This document shows positions 28,553 to 41,744 of a stretch of DNA of 64,000 nt, piece after piece. The notes under the pieces are model-generated. The model ran no database searches, was not told the DNA's origin, and saw nothing but the letters and a program-made list of their open reading frames with translations. Where the stretch lies: the NCBI RefSeq assembly GCF_009914755.1, contig NC_060935.1. The stretch is one strand, 5' to 3'. The stretch is from the human T2T-CHM13v2.0 reference genome, Homo sapiens. Both the position numbers and the translations under genes were made by a program. The stretch's first letter is position 1. Each line of letters opens with the position of its first letter.

Positions 28553-28748
28553 TTTTCCTCTTTTCAAAGGACACCAGTCATATTGGAGTAAGCTGGGTCC
28601 CACCCTACTCCAGTATGACCTCATCTTAGCTAATTACACCTGCAATGACGCTATTTCCAATAGAGTCACATACTGAGGTACTGGGGTTAGGATTTCAACA
28701 CATGAATTTGTGTGTGTGTGTGTTGGAGAGGCACATAATACAACCCAA
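28553..28748 (-). mobile_element. MLT1 (MaLR) LTR fragment
   Basis: aaggacaccagtcatattgga...ccagtatgacctcatctta...ctgaggtactggggttaggatttcaaca. Confidence 0.8.
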
Positions 28749-29219
28749 AAAATTGGAGATATGAAGAAAATTTGTTAAAATCCCTGTCCTGCAGGAATTC
28801 AATGTGATCTACTTTTCAAGGGGGTCAGGAGCGGTGGCACCATAAGAAATGCTAACAGAGTAGTTTTCATCCTATAAATTCAAAGTGCATGTGGGTCTCT
28901 CATGAGTGTATCTGGCAACAATGCCTGACACATCCTTACAAGGGTACACCCTGTGACTGCCTGTTGGGAAGGATCGCTTTTCCTTTTGTTTATTGAAGCC
29001 TAACCAGGTCCTATAGATTTTAGAAACGGACAGTCTCACTGACTTTTAAAAGCCTTGGGAGCAAACTTCGGTATTTCTGCCCGCTCCTGTCCACTAGAGA
29101 TCCAGAATCCTGGTTTCACTGACCTGGGAGGCATCTGGGAACAGCTCTCCCAATAATCATTTTCAGTTTTCACACCAAATCCAGAAGATAGACCCACTTT
29201 TTCATTTCTCCTCATGCAG

Positions 29220-29375
29220 GGTTCAGAAGAAAAGAATTCCGTGGGAAGCTGGCGATTGCCATCACCGCCAACTTCATAAACAGAAACAGCACAGCGGAAG
29301 CCAAGGTGGAAGAGATTAGTGGTGTGGCTTTCATCTTCAATCAGAAATTTTTTCAGGACCTTAAAGAAGAAACAG
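29220..29375 (+). CDS. MICAL2: MICAL2 exon w4 (156 nt)
   Basis: atgcag|GGTTCAGA...ACAG|gtggga; (G)[51 protein letters not shown]. Confidence 0.96.
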
Positions 29376-30517
29376 GTGGGACCTTCACCTTTCTCCCAAC
29401 CAGGCCAAGGTCTAAAGTTTGCAGTTTCTAAAGTGTGCAGAGGCGTGTGCTGGCTTTCTGGGCTCTTGGGCCTCGAGGGACTCACTCTGATAGAGTGGAA
29501 GCAATGATTTTCCCTAGGATAGTGAATACAGACAGGATTCCTTCTGGGACAAGAGAGATTCTTGAGGGAATGTTCTGGATGTTGTACATGAAAGGAGATA
29601 GTGGACATTTGCTGAGTGCTCATTACATGCCAATTCTCAGTATTGGGTAAAAAGTGAAGGTTGACACGATCCTTCCCACAGTGGCTCCCTGTCCAGTAAG
29701 GGATATCTGTATAAACCATCCTAAGGCAGATGACCAGCACCGCACCTGAGGTCAGCATGATATTTAGGGAATGCTAAGGAGGGAGCCAGTCACCTATGGA
29801 TGGTTCCTAAAGGTTCCCGGGTGATTTTGTGCAATACAGCACTGCCCTTCCCCAAGAAGGACATCTGGATACGCCCAGGAACATAACCTGTACTGGCACC
29901 AGTTGTCACCCAGCCATGGGCCTAGAGGATAGGAGGTATTGATTCATTCATTCAATATTTATTGAATGCCTACTGTGTGCCAGATGCTGTTCTAGGGCTT
30001 GAGAATGAGCAGTGAGCAAAACAAAATCCGTCCCTCCTGGGCTTATATTCTACGAGAATAGACAGTCAATACACAAATAAACCAGTGACTCATCAGGTGG
30101 TAATAGGGACGGCAGAGAAAAACAGGGTGAGGGGAAAGGGGGATGAGTCACCTCTCTCCAATTAAGTAAATTCCAGATACTTTTCCTTTCTTTTTAACCT
30201 GATTAAAAACACAGATTTCTCCTTGAAAAGCAATGTAACAACAATGTTAAATAAAATCTGTATATGGAAAATAAATCATCCGCAATCTGACCGCCCCACA
30301 CGAGAATAGTCTTCAGACTCACCTACTCCTTTTCTGTAATTTTCCACCAGCGTTCTTGCTTGTTATGTGACTGTAGCTTAAATCGCAGTGTCCACACTCT
30401 TTAGTCAGCTTTTCTCATTCAGTGTCACATTCCAAACATCATCCTTCTGGTGGTCACTTTTAGGGGCTGTGGAATATCTCATCAAATTGATGTATTGTCA
30501 CTGCCTAAGCATTGAAA

Positions 30518-30826
30518 CCAGGGATTAGCAAACTATGGCTGGCCACATGGTTCTATACTGCCTTCGAGCTAAGAATGGTTTTATATATAGGCTGAATAAA
30601 ACAATCAGAATATTTTATGACACATGAAGTTTATTTAAAATTCAAATTTCAGCATCCATAAATAAAAGCTGATTGTCGCCCAGCCATGTCCATTTCTTTA
30701 CATAACTGTTGATGGCTGCTTCCACCATGAGAGATCATGAAAGAGACCATAGAGCCCACAGGCCAGAAATATTTCCTAGCTGGTCCATCACACACACACA
30801 CACACACACAACTTGCTGACCTCTGA
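30518..30826. mobile_element. MER58B-like hAT MITE containing a (CA)n tract at 30789-30809
   Basis: cagggattagcaaactatggc...gagctaagaatggtttta...acttgctgacctctg. Confidence 0.7.
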
Positions 30827-31399
30827 TTTAGGCCTTCCAGTTATTTACTGTTACAGATAACACTGCTTCTGTTAAATTATTTCTTTAACATCATTTCCTA
30901 GGAATGGCATTAGTTGTTGAGCAAGATTGTACTTCTCACTGGCCTGGAGGGTATGTGCTCACTGCACAACCCTCTCAGTTTCACCTCCATTGCATTATTC
31001 CATTAAAAGCTTGAATATTTCCTGCCAGCATATGGTGTCCTTTTGAATGCTTTGAGAATCCTCCAACCCTCCCTTCCTCTAAAAAACCAAGAAAATAAAT
31101 ACTTAAGCCACTCAATATAAATGAGAGCAGGACATTGAGTGGGTTTTTCCACGTTTCAGTGAACTTCCTTGAAACTTTGCTGTGGTTGTCACCTTCGGCC
31201 ATCGTTTCACAACAGTGCCCTCAGACAGTGACAGTCGCGACCTTCCTGATTCTCCTGGGGGCCCTCTGCATTGATGCCTGTTTCCTATTTAACCGTAATA
31301 AAGGTGTTCCTATGGTTACCCAGCACGCCTTGTGTAAATGCTGATATGTCGCCATGTGCCTGTTCCTTTCTCTCCCTTCAAATAAGCCAGTCAGCCTCA

Positions 31400-31572
31400 C
31401 ACTTGAGTATGAATTGGCATCACCTAGAGCTTGTTAAAGCACAGCGTGCTGGCCCTATCCCCAGGGTTTCTGATTCAGTGAGTCTGAAGAAGGGCCCTGA
31501 TAATTTGCATTGCTAGTATGTCCTCAGGTGATGCTGATGCTGTTGGCCAGGGACCTCCCTTTGAGAACCGTG
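31400..31572. mobile_element. MER5A hAT MITE
   Basis: catcacctagagcttgttaaa...tttctgattcagtgagtctg...caggtgatgctgatgctg...ctttgagaacc. Confidence 0.8.
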
Positions 31573-32181
31573 GAGCTAAGCTCTCATTGCACAGCATGGT
31601 TTTAAATGCAGGAACTTAGTGTGTAAAATGTCTTGTGATTGGTGGAAAGCACAAAAAGATACAGCCCAGCCTTCTAACCTGAGTTGTTCCTACCACTGCA
31701 CTCGGGTTTTCACATACAAGCCGGTAAACAGTAGAAATATTCCTTGGCATAGTCATTGGAGAATTCCCACAGCTCTATGCTACTATGGGCGCATGGAGGG
31801 CACAGTGGACAGGACTTGGAGCTAGATGGGCTGGGGTTCAAATCCCAGCCCTGTCATTGCTGAGCTTCTGTGGCCATGGCCGGCACTTGGCTTTTCTGCA
31901 CAATTACCCGGCTCTAACTTATACTGGCCCACAACCCCTACAGACGTTGTGAGTTTTAACAGGAATAATGCCGCTATAGAACTATAGAAGCTAGCTGCTT
32001 TGACTTGGGTAGATTCTGGCACTCTGTTTTATCTTTGCCAGCCTTGTGTGCCTTAAAAACTGGTCTAACATGAATATTCTGCAGATAAATAACAAGACCA
32101 ATAGTGAGGCAAAGTACAGTTCCTGGCACACAGTTGGTGCCGAGGAAGTAACACTGAGCTTGTGAATGCTTCTCTTTTCAG

Positions 32182-32282
32182 GCATAGATCTTGAGAACAT
32201 TGTTTACTACAAGGACTGCACCCACTATTTTGTAATGACAGCCAAGAAGCAGAGCCTGCTCGACAAAGGTGTCATCATTAAC
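32182..32282 (+). CDS. MICAL2: MICAL2 exon w5 (101 nt)
   Basis: ttttcag|GCATAGAT...AAC|gtacgt; (G)[33 protein letters not shown]. Confidence 0.96.
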
Positions 32283-35200
32283 GTACGTACCTCTTGGCTG
32301 CGATTTCCCGACTTCGCGACCTGGGCTGGTGACATCAGCAGGTGTGAAGGCAGATGTCGTCCTGCCAGAAACTGAGCGAGGGGAGGAGGGGGGAAGGTGC
32401 CACCAGCTTACACCCTTCTTTTTCTTGGTGTTACATGAGTGTTGGATAAAGGAGCCCACGCCAATATGCACAGAGAATTTTCTGCAGAGGGACGTGTGCT
32501 GCTGTGAGACCTTTACCAGGTGTTAATGTGGATCAACTGAGTCTTTTCCTTCCCAAGTCTCATCCAGCCTTGCCTCTTCTCTGGGAGGTCACATGTCATT
32601 TGGAGGCAGATGGGGGCTCCTTGTCCTAATGAGACATAGGCATCCTTTGACTTGTGAATTTCATGCTGTGGAGCCTTGTCACAGTGTGGGGGAATTTCAT
32701 TATTCATGCAGTCAAAAAGACTCGATCTGCATCTTGACTCTGCCACATACCTCCTCCAGACTGTGGGCAAACTGTGTATCCTTCCTGAACCTCAGTCTTC
32801 TTATCTACAAAATAGGAATGATAGTTTCTGCCTGAAAGGGTTATTGGAAGGAGCAAACAGAAGATATATATAGAGCACCTGGCACAGTGCCCGGCAGAGG
32901 GTGGGTTTGTAGATTCCCTCTGTAACTTCTCAGCCTTGTTTGCACACTGGCTTTTTTGTCCTGCTGGCTTCCTGGCCTCTGCTTCGTGGCCTTGCGACTT
33001 CATGCTTAAGCACGGAGCAGGGTTGGAAGGAAGAAACATGGAGTAGTGGCCCCTGACTGGAAGCTTCTTCGGACAGGTGTACAACCCTTCCAGAGCCCCT
33101 GTAGTTGCTGCCACTGTCACTGCTGCTGCTGCAACCTCAAGATAAGGATCACACTGCCCAAGTTCAGCCTGCTGTCTGGGTGTCAGCCTGGAGCCCAGGC
33201 AGCACGGTGGCCATTCATTGCTGCTTGTCAGAGAAGAATGCAGCTATCTTCTTTCCTGCGTGTGCTGGCAGCCGTCTGGGTGGCATTAGTAACCCAGCCA
33301 CCCCGTGGGCCTTCTCCACTTCAGCTCAGGTCTTTGCTGAGAGCCTGAGTTGTAGACGGAGGCTGTGAATGCGGGCTTGGTGAAGTGGGCTGAGCACGCC
33401 AGCAGATGGGTGGGCGATGGGCTTCAGCAGTGTCCCACTGCTGACTGTCAGTCTGGGAGTGGTGGCGTCCCCTTCTTCCCTCTGCCTCACAGAAGTTGCC
33501 TCCTGAAGTTGCCGCCTTAGTCTGAAACTTGGGGGTGCAGGGGTGTAGGGGTAGCGGGCAGCTTTGCAGAGGAGAGGTTAGGCAGGCAGGCAAAGCTTGA
33601 TGGGTTTTGTGTTTTGCAGAGCACCGTGGCCTCCTGGGATGCTAAGGTCACCCTCAGGTCATCCCAGGTGTTTGCTCATGGCAACTCGCTTCCCTGGCGG
33701 TTGTCAAAGCCCCTCCAGGCCCATGCTTGTCTTCACCAAGGTCTTTCTTTCTCCTTCAGAGGCCCCTGGGAGCAGCTCCTGAGCTGGTGCTGAGGAGCCT
33801 CAAGGTACAAGATGGGAAAGAAATTGGAGGCCACAGGCTGGACACCTGATTGGAACAAGAGCTATAGCCTGAGCGTCCAGGTGTCCAGCCAAGTTCCCAA
33901 CCCATCTTCCCTGAGCCGCTTAAATTTACATTGTTCTCTTGCTCCCTGGAGGAATGGCAAGTTTTCTGTTTTCCTCTCCCTACATGGATCCATATCTTCC
34001 TATAGCCACACAGAAGGTGCCAAGTAAATGTTTGTTGAATGAATGACTGACCTCTGGACAAGAGGTTTTCCTGCTTCCCCATTGATTCCAGCTGATCTCT
34101 GGGCTTCTTTCCATGGCTACCGAAGGAAGAGTAAAGTTTCTCTTCAAGCAGCCGTGCCTCTGGGCTCTCAGCTGTGCCCATCTTTCTCTTCCCCACAGGG
34201 AGGATGTCCCATCCCAGAGCCTCCCTGGGCCCCTGCCTCTGCTGGCCCATACGTGTGTGGGCTGGGATTCTGTCCTCCTGTCCTTGTCCTCATCTGCTCC
34301 CTATGGTTTTGCTCCTTCTTCCATCCCCCCACTCATCTGGGACCCTCCAGCCACTAAGAGACTCCACAGCAGCCCTAGGCCAGCTCTAGCCTAGTGTCTT
34401 CCCTTTGCTAGGTCCCCACTCTCCTGCATGAGGCGTCCACGCCAGGCACTGTCTTCACTGTGTAATGTCACCCACTCCATCTTAGGGATGCTTGGGTCAT
34501 ATTTTGAAGGGGGGGTGTTTGAGACCTCTCCCTTCTCTCTTCCCCCATCTCACCTCCACGCCTTCGGAGAGAGAAGTGATCATGTGACCGCGGAAACAGG
34601 GATCAGAAAGGAAATCAAATAACAGGAATTCCATCCTGGACACTGGGGCCTGACAAAGAGCTCTTGGACCAGTGCTGGATGCAATTTGGGCGGTTTGGTT
34701 TGAATGGGGGAAATATGAGTTTCCAGAACAGGGTATTTGAAATCATGGCTACTCAGAAAATTGAGGCAGTGGTCACTCTGGCTGTAAATGCGGCACTCTG
34801 TGATTGTCAAGACCTTTGTAATTGAGGGTGCCTTGGCTGGGTCCAGGATATACTTCATCATAAGCCATATCTGGAGCCAGCATGAATTACAGGGGACAGG
34901 AATTCCCATTCATCGGTCACTTCCCACATGGGGCTAGGGATTTCGTGTGTACACTCATTCCATCTTCTCACGTGGCTCTGTGAAGTAGGTTTTGATATTC
35001 CCTTTTTACAGATGAGAGAGTGGAGACTCTGAAAAGTTAAATAACTGGCCCAGATTTAGTTAGTAAACAGCAGAGGTGGACTTTGACCCGTTGCTCTCAC
35101 TGGCCCCAAAGCCTGTGTTCATGTTACACACTGGTCCCCTCCCACTCCAGGTGTCTGTACTTTTTGTGTCACCTTTGAGAAAGGTGGTCTTTTAGTTTCT

Positions 35201-35363
35201 TTAGCCACACGGTGAGCAGCTTGGACTCTGGGGATACACTAAACTTGCCAGCTCTCTTCAATCCTCACATCCTGTGTTTCATTGCTAGTGTCCCTCCAGG
35301 ATGGATATTCCAGTCCTCGCAGCTCAGGGCTCTGCACTCCCCATGAAAGAAGCATAACAGTTA

Positions 35364-35515
<152 letters not shown>

Positions 35516-36160
35516 GCTACGCTGTGAGAGCCCTCGGCCCATCAAGTAAAGGGGTCACTGATTTTGGAAAGTGTGAGAGGTTTCCCATTTTCTTTTTCTG
35601 GTCTTGTTTGACCACTAAACATGGCATATTTGGATCATACTCGCTTAGCTGAATTTATTATAAAATCACACTTTCTGATGGCTCCTTTGTCTCTTAATTG
35701 TACTGAAAGTTCTCATGAGAACCAGACCTATGAAATGTGCTCGTTGTTTGCTCCAAGACCATTATCAAGTGCACTGTTCATTACAACTCTCAACGCGCCC
35801 TGTTGAAATTCCTACGTGAGACAGATCTTTTAGAATTTAATGCCAGGGAAAAATTGCCTCTCCTGAGGAATTTCTACGCTTCCTTCTTTCTGATAAGGAG
35901 AGCTCTGGGGCATATCACATTTCCCTTTTGCCTTGGATGCCAGGAAGCTCAATGCCAAATTTGATGCTTAATCACAACCGTGTTAACCCTCACAGCTGGC
36001 TGATTTATTTCCTCTTTATTCCCTTGGTCCTGGTTTTTGTATGTCTTTTCTGACTAGCCTCACTGTAGGGACCCATTCCAAGTCCTTTTGCCAAGAGGTG
36101 GGTATGAAGGCTAGCCCTTTAGAGGGGGAGGTTGCTGCACCATGTTTTCATCTTCCCCAG

Positions 36161-36418
36161 GACTACATCGACACAGAGATGCTGCTGTGTGCGGAGAACG
36201 TGAACCAAGACAACCTGCTATCCTATGCCCGGGAAGCTGCAGACTTTGCCACCAACTACCAGCTGCCATCCTTAGACTTTGCCATGAACCACTATGGGCA
36301 GCCTGATGTGGCCATGTTTGACTTTACCTGCATGTATGCCTCAGAGAACGCGGCCCTGGTGCGGGAGCGGCAGGCGCACCAGCTGCTCGTGGCCCTTGTG
36401 GGTGACAGCTTGCTTGAG
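36161..36418 (+). CDS. MICAL2: MICAL2 exon w6 (258 nt): GD motif
   Basis: ccccag|GACTAC...GAG|gtactg; [14 protein letters not shown]...DVAMFDFT...[12 protein letters not shown]. Confidence 0.97.
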
Positions 36419-37603
36419 GTACTGCCTGAGCTCGGAGCCCCCATGTTTCTCTGCGAGACAGATCCCACGTTTGTATTCTGGCAGGCAGTATCTGCTGTTG
36501 TGCAGCGGGGAGAGGACAGGCTCTCAGCCAGTTGGCAGGACTCTGCCAAGCCTGTCCCGGCCTCAGAGCCTGTCCTGTTGCTGCACTCAGAGGAGCCTAT
36601 TCTGCCTCTGTGTAGTTAGGAGAGCCTTCTCTCCTATCTCCTGGCTCTTTTGCACTGACTTCTTTGATGAAGTACAAAATCAGGCAGCCCCGGTCTGGGC
36701 CATATGAGCCATCCTTCTCAGAGTGTGTGGACCCTCAGCTGGGCCGAGACTTCTTCCTCATGTGGGCGGCCCTTTGTGGCCTTTGAGATCACACAGAGTG
36801 CAGGAGAGGCCTATGGGCCCCAAAGTCTCCTTTCCATTCATAGCTTCCCTGCTGAAAATTCTTCCCAGAAAATCTGCAAGGGTGCAAGGATCCTTAGATT
36901 AAATGAATGTTTTCAGAAAGGAGAAAGTTTTCTCTTTAGTGTGAGCACTGATTATGTATTTATTCCAAGTTAAGAGTCAAATTCCAAACCATGCTTTGGG
37001 TGCTCATGGAGCAGATTAGTCAGCACTCAGCTTGGTTGACTTGGTCCTTGGGCACTATTGTGCATGGACTTGAACCTAAGGCCCTTGGTTGAGCCCTCAG
37101 TTCCCATCCTGCTTCTGGCCCAGACTCCTTTCCCAGCTCGGTTTCTCCCTCCCCTCCTCCCATGCTCCATGTTACACCCAGAACAGACGGCTGTTCTTCC
37201 ATCAGGCGCCAGCATTTTCCAACCACCATGCCTTTGCCCACACCATTCCCAAGTAGCTCAGGATCAGAATCCCATCCATTTGTTAAAATCAGCTTAATGC
37301 AACTCTTAAGAAGCTTATTCTGATTTCCATCTCCCTCTCCCAGGATGGGAATTCGTCTCGCCTTTTCTGAGCCCTAAAGCAGTTTTGCTATGCCTGCGTC
37401 ATAGCACCCTTTACATTTAACCTTCTGCTATAGTTATTTGACCTTGTGATGAATCCTCATAGGTAGCAGGGTCCCTGCCCTGTCACCTCTCTGTCCCTCC
37501 AGTGCCCTGCACAGTCCTGGCAATCAGTGTGTGCTGGGTCCAATGAGATCATAGATCGGGAGTCATCAGAATCAACTGGAATTTTGCACGTTTTCTTTTG
37601 CAG

Positions 37604-37719
37604 CCATTTTGGCCCATGGGTACAGGCTGTGCCCGTGGCTTCCTGGCAGCCTTTGACACGGCATGGATGGTGAAGAGCTGGAACCAGGGCACCCCTCCCC
37701 TGGAGCTGCTGGCTGAAAG
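37604..37719 (+). CDS. MICAL2: MICAL2 exon w7 (116 nt)
   Basis: ttttgcag|CCATTTTGG...GAAAG|gtgagc; [38 protein letters not shown]. Confidence 0.97.
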
Positions 37720-38576
37720 GTGAGCTTTGACAGTAGGGCTCCTAACTGGGGGGCAGGGCACTCAGGCAGGAAAGGGGGCAAGATCACCCCGCAGGTGACT
37801 GCTGGATATACCTGGAGCCTCTGCCTCCTCCATTCTACCTTCCCATGTGTGGCCTGATTTGATCATCAGCATCCCCAAGGATGCTTTCTCCATCATTATC
37901 TGACTCTTACAGTGACTTTCTCTGGGGCCAGGACCTTGGGCCCTGGATGACAAAGAGAAATCTTCATCTAGGTTGGCCCTGCAGCTGGGGCTCCCCAGCA
38001 TCGCTCATTCACCGAAGAGCCAGAGAGGTTTATTTAAGGGAATCTTCCAGGGCAGCGCTGAGTCTCCTGTCCTGGATGGGGGTTGGATTCTCTGGCTTTC
38101 CAGGCCTCTCACACCACTGAGATCCTGGGCTTCTTCCCAGACCCCTGCTGCTGGCCACGTGGCTGTGACAGCTGGTGGACGGGGGGAGGTCAGGGCTGGC
38201 GGGCGGAGGCAGGCCCTGACAATCTTGGGTGTGGAAGCCTGTGGTCGTGGGGAGCAGGCCGCAGGAGGCAGCGTGGCTGAACATGGTTATGGCAAAACCA
38301 CAGGCCACCGTGCTGCCAGCCCTGCATCCCTCCCCCTGCCTGGGTGGAGGAGCCCAGCATCCCCGTCACCCAGGCGCCCCTTTCCTCTCGGCCCCTTTGA
38401 CCTTCTCCCCACTTTGCAGATCTCAAGAACCAGGAGAGTCAGGTATTTCAGGGAAGGGTTAGACAAACATGTCCAGGAAGCCCTTGAGCCAGAGGAAGGG
38501 GGAAGTAGGGAAGGGTGGGGACAAGGCCTGAGGTGGCAAAAGTGATCCCTGACCTCCAGGCTCCGCCTCCCTCCAG

Positions 38577-38703
38577 GGAAAGTCTCTACCGGCTGTTACC
38601 TCAGACAACCCCGGAGAACATCAACAAGAACTTTGAGCAGTACACGTTGGACCCAGGGACACGGTACCCAAACCTCAACTCACACTGTGTCAGGCCCCAT
38701 CAG
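38577..38703 (+). CDS. MICAL2: MICAL2 exon w8 (127 nt), GC donor
   Basis: ctccag|GGAAAGT...CATCAG|gcaagt; (R)[42 protein letters not shown]. Confidence 0.94.
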
Positions 38704-39370
38704 GCAAGTCCATTGCTGGGGCTCTGTCTGAATCACTCTGCACTGAACAGTGGGAAGAGGTGGTGGGGAGGGGGTCACATTAAATTTTGGTCCATTCCTG
38801 GGACTAAGGCCACCAAGGCCTGCTGGCCTAATGGTGGGACCAGTTCTTCTCCCCACTCGAGTCAGCATTCTTTCTAGCCCACAGGACAGAACTAGAACAC
38901 ATGTAGGGGGAGAGATTTATATGTATATGTGCATATATTTATATATATTGTCACTATGCATATGCATTGCTGATCTTACCTGTCTCAAATAAGCTACTTG
39001 GCCAAATATGATCTCTGCATACCACCCTTGGTCCTGGGGTCCATTTCTTCTTCCACTAATTTAAAGCCACCAAACTCTCAACCTCTTTGGTCAATAGAAC
39101 AGAAAATTGTGTGAATTTTTAAAATTAGCTAATTACATACACACAAATTAGCTACAGACATTCCCACTTAGTTTGCCTGCATCTGGGTGGAAGATTGAGG
39201 CCCATTGCTCTATGACTGAAGTTGCCTGCGTTCCCTTGCCGAAGGTCATGCCTCCCAGCAGTAGAGGAAAATGGTGGCAGGCACTGAATTGGGGGTGGGT
39301 CGAGTTTAGGGGCCCTGAGACTAGGATTTGGGGGAAAACTGGTGGGCAAGCATGTCTCTCTTGCTCATAG

Positions 39371-39461
39371 GTGAAGCATTTGTATATCACTAAGGAGCTG
39401 GAGCACTACCCTCTCGAGAGACTGGGCTCGGTGAGGAGATCTGTCAACCTCTCCAGGAAGG
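39371..39461 (+). CDS. MICAL2: MICAL2 exon w9 (91 nt): MO-CH linker
   Basis: ctcatag|GTGAAG...AAGG|gtaagc; [30 protein letters not shown]. Confidence 0.95.
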
Positions 39462-40632
39462 GTAAGCGGCCCTCCTGGGACCCTGGTGGGTGGCTGGGAA
39501 GAGCTTTGAGGGGAGGAGGACTGCTCAGTGACCGTGGTGACACAGGCACTGCAACCAGCCTGGCTCTGCCCCTTTACCTGTGTGGTCATGGGCAGGCACC
39601 TGTCCTCTTTGTACTCCAGTTCCTCCTCTGTGAGACCAAGAGAACCCCTGCCCAGAGAATCATTATGAAGATGAAAGGAGCTAGTGTGTGTCGAGAGCTT
39701 CACACAGTAAACATGAACCAGGGGATTATTTCACTGGGACTTGTTCTTATTTTCCTGTTGTTTCCTGCATGGGGGCCTTGTCCCCTTAAGTAGATAATGA
39801 GCTTAATGCACTTCACCCTTTTCCTGATCATCCTGAGCCTAGCAGTGCTCTGGACACAGGACCAGTGCTCAACACAGGGAGATGGGATGGTTAAATGAGG
39901 AACTCCCAGCGCCCAGCTCAGCTCAGGATGCTCTCCTGCTTAGAGACCTCTTTGGCTACCTGTGCCTGTCCAGGCTTTGCCTCCTCTCCTTCCTTAGGCA
40001 AACTCAGCTGTACTCCTCCCTCCCCTCCACACACCACGACATGCCCCACTGCTGTAATAAACCACTTACCATAATCAACCATTTTACTGTTACGCAAACA
40101 TAGCAGGTTTTTCTAGATTCTTAGCCACCACACAGTCCTTTCTGTCTTCCTGGAATGACTTCTTCCGTCTGATAAGTTCCTAGATGCTCTCAAAGAACAA
40201 GCTCAAACGTACCTCCCCATTACACTTTTCTTTGGAGAATTCCCCTCCCAGCGCAGACTCAGGCAAACCTGCTAATGTGCTCCCACAGCCCCCTGTTTCT
40301 CCCTCCATTGCAGCACTGTGTCATCATCACCCCCTCTGTGACTATCTTCCCCACTAGATGAGCATGTTGTTGGCAGGGCCTAAACACAGTAGGTCTTAGG
40401 AACTCTGCTGGAAGAGAACATGCTTCCTCTCCCCTCCTGCCACACTCCTGACCAGGCCCCCAAGCAGCAGTCCTCAGGGAGCTGCACCCGTGCCAGTGGC
40501 CCCCTGCCCTGGCCCCTTGCCTTGGGGCCGCTCGTCCTGGTCCCCAGCCATGGTGGCAATGAGAAGGGAGCGCCAGGGCAGACCGTGTGAGATTCCTGCA
40601 GAGCCTCACTGCCTGCGCTCTCCTTCTTGCAG

Positions 40633-40780
40633 AGTCAGATATCCGGCCCAGCAAGCTCCTGACCTGGTGCCAGCAGCAGACAGAGGGCTACCAGCATGTC
40701 AACGTCACCGACCTGACCACATCCTGGCGCAGTGGGTTGGCCCTGTGTGCCATCATCCACCGCTTCCGGCCTGAGCTCAT
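40633..40780 (+). CDS. MICAL2: MICAL2 exon w10 (148 nt): CH domain N-half
   Basis: cttgcag|AGTCAGAT...CTCAT|gtgagt; (E)[48 protein letters not shown]. Confidence 0.97.
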
Positions 40781-41450
40781 GTGAGTCTGGGGCCCAGGCT
40801 GGCCCCTGGAGACGAGGGATGCCAAGGCCATTCTGCTGCATGCAGAATCTTCATTACTTGGTTCAATATTTCTCTTTCTGTGTTTCAATTTGAGATTTTT
40901 CTTAACATTTGTTCTTTTCCCTTTGCACTGATTACTCTGTCAGCAGTGTGTTTGATCTGTGTTCCTAATATGTGAGGATAAAAATTGGCTCCGGCTTAGT
41001 GATGGCACTCTTGACACCTCACCCCCCACTACCCTTCCCCCCCGAGCCCCATCACCACACTCTTTGGAATTTGAGCATTCACACCTTGGAGCTTCACCCT
41101 CAAGAGAGGAGTATGGGCCAGACCTAGTTCCAGGGACTAGTTTGAGGGTTTTATAGAATTAGGTTTGAGACCCAGATCCATAAGCTGTGTGTCCTTGGGC
41201 AAGCCACTTACCTTCTCTGAGCTTTAGATTCTTCGTCTACAAATTAGAAATAGCAGCAGGGTCATTGGGGAGATCAGGTTATGTTTGAGGATACACTGTG
41301 GTGCTAAAGCATGGTGCATCTGTGTTTAAATCAGCAGCAGCAGAACTTCACAGCCAGGTGCAAATCACAAAAAAGGCTGACAGCAAACCTACCCAAGGGC
41401 TAGCAATTGGTACTTTAGGAAATGAGGTGGCCTTAGGAGGATGGACCGTC

Positions 41451-41744
41451 TTTTTTTTTTTTTAAGCTGGAGTCTCTTGCTCTGTTGCCTGGGCTGGAGT
41501 GCAGTGACGCAATCTCAGCCCATGGCAACCTCCGCCTCCCAGGTTCAAGCAATTCTCCTGCCTCAGTCTCCTGAGTAGCTGGGATTACAGGTGCCCACCA
41601 CCACACCCGGCTAATTTTTGTATTTTTAGTAGAGATAGAGTTTTGCCATGTTGGCCAGCCTGGTCTCGAACTGAGCTCAAGTGATCTGCCCGCCTCTGCC
41701 TCCCAAACTGCTGGGATTATAGGTATGAGCCACTGCGCCTGGTC
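41451..41744 (-). mobile_element. Alu (AluS-like), antisense
   Basis: poly(T)...ggctggagtgcagtg...ctcccaaactgctgggattatagg. Confidence 0.95.

Noticed and set aside
29036-29758. 240-aa minus-strand ORF
   Set aside because: Antisense shadow of exon w4 plus intron; no recognisable domain.
38551-38576. Upstream alternative acceptor ctccag, 17 nt before exon w8
   Set aside because: Frameshifting, weaker pyrimidine tract, no supporting evidence.
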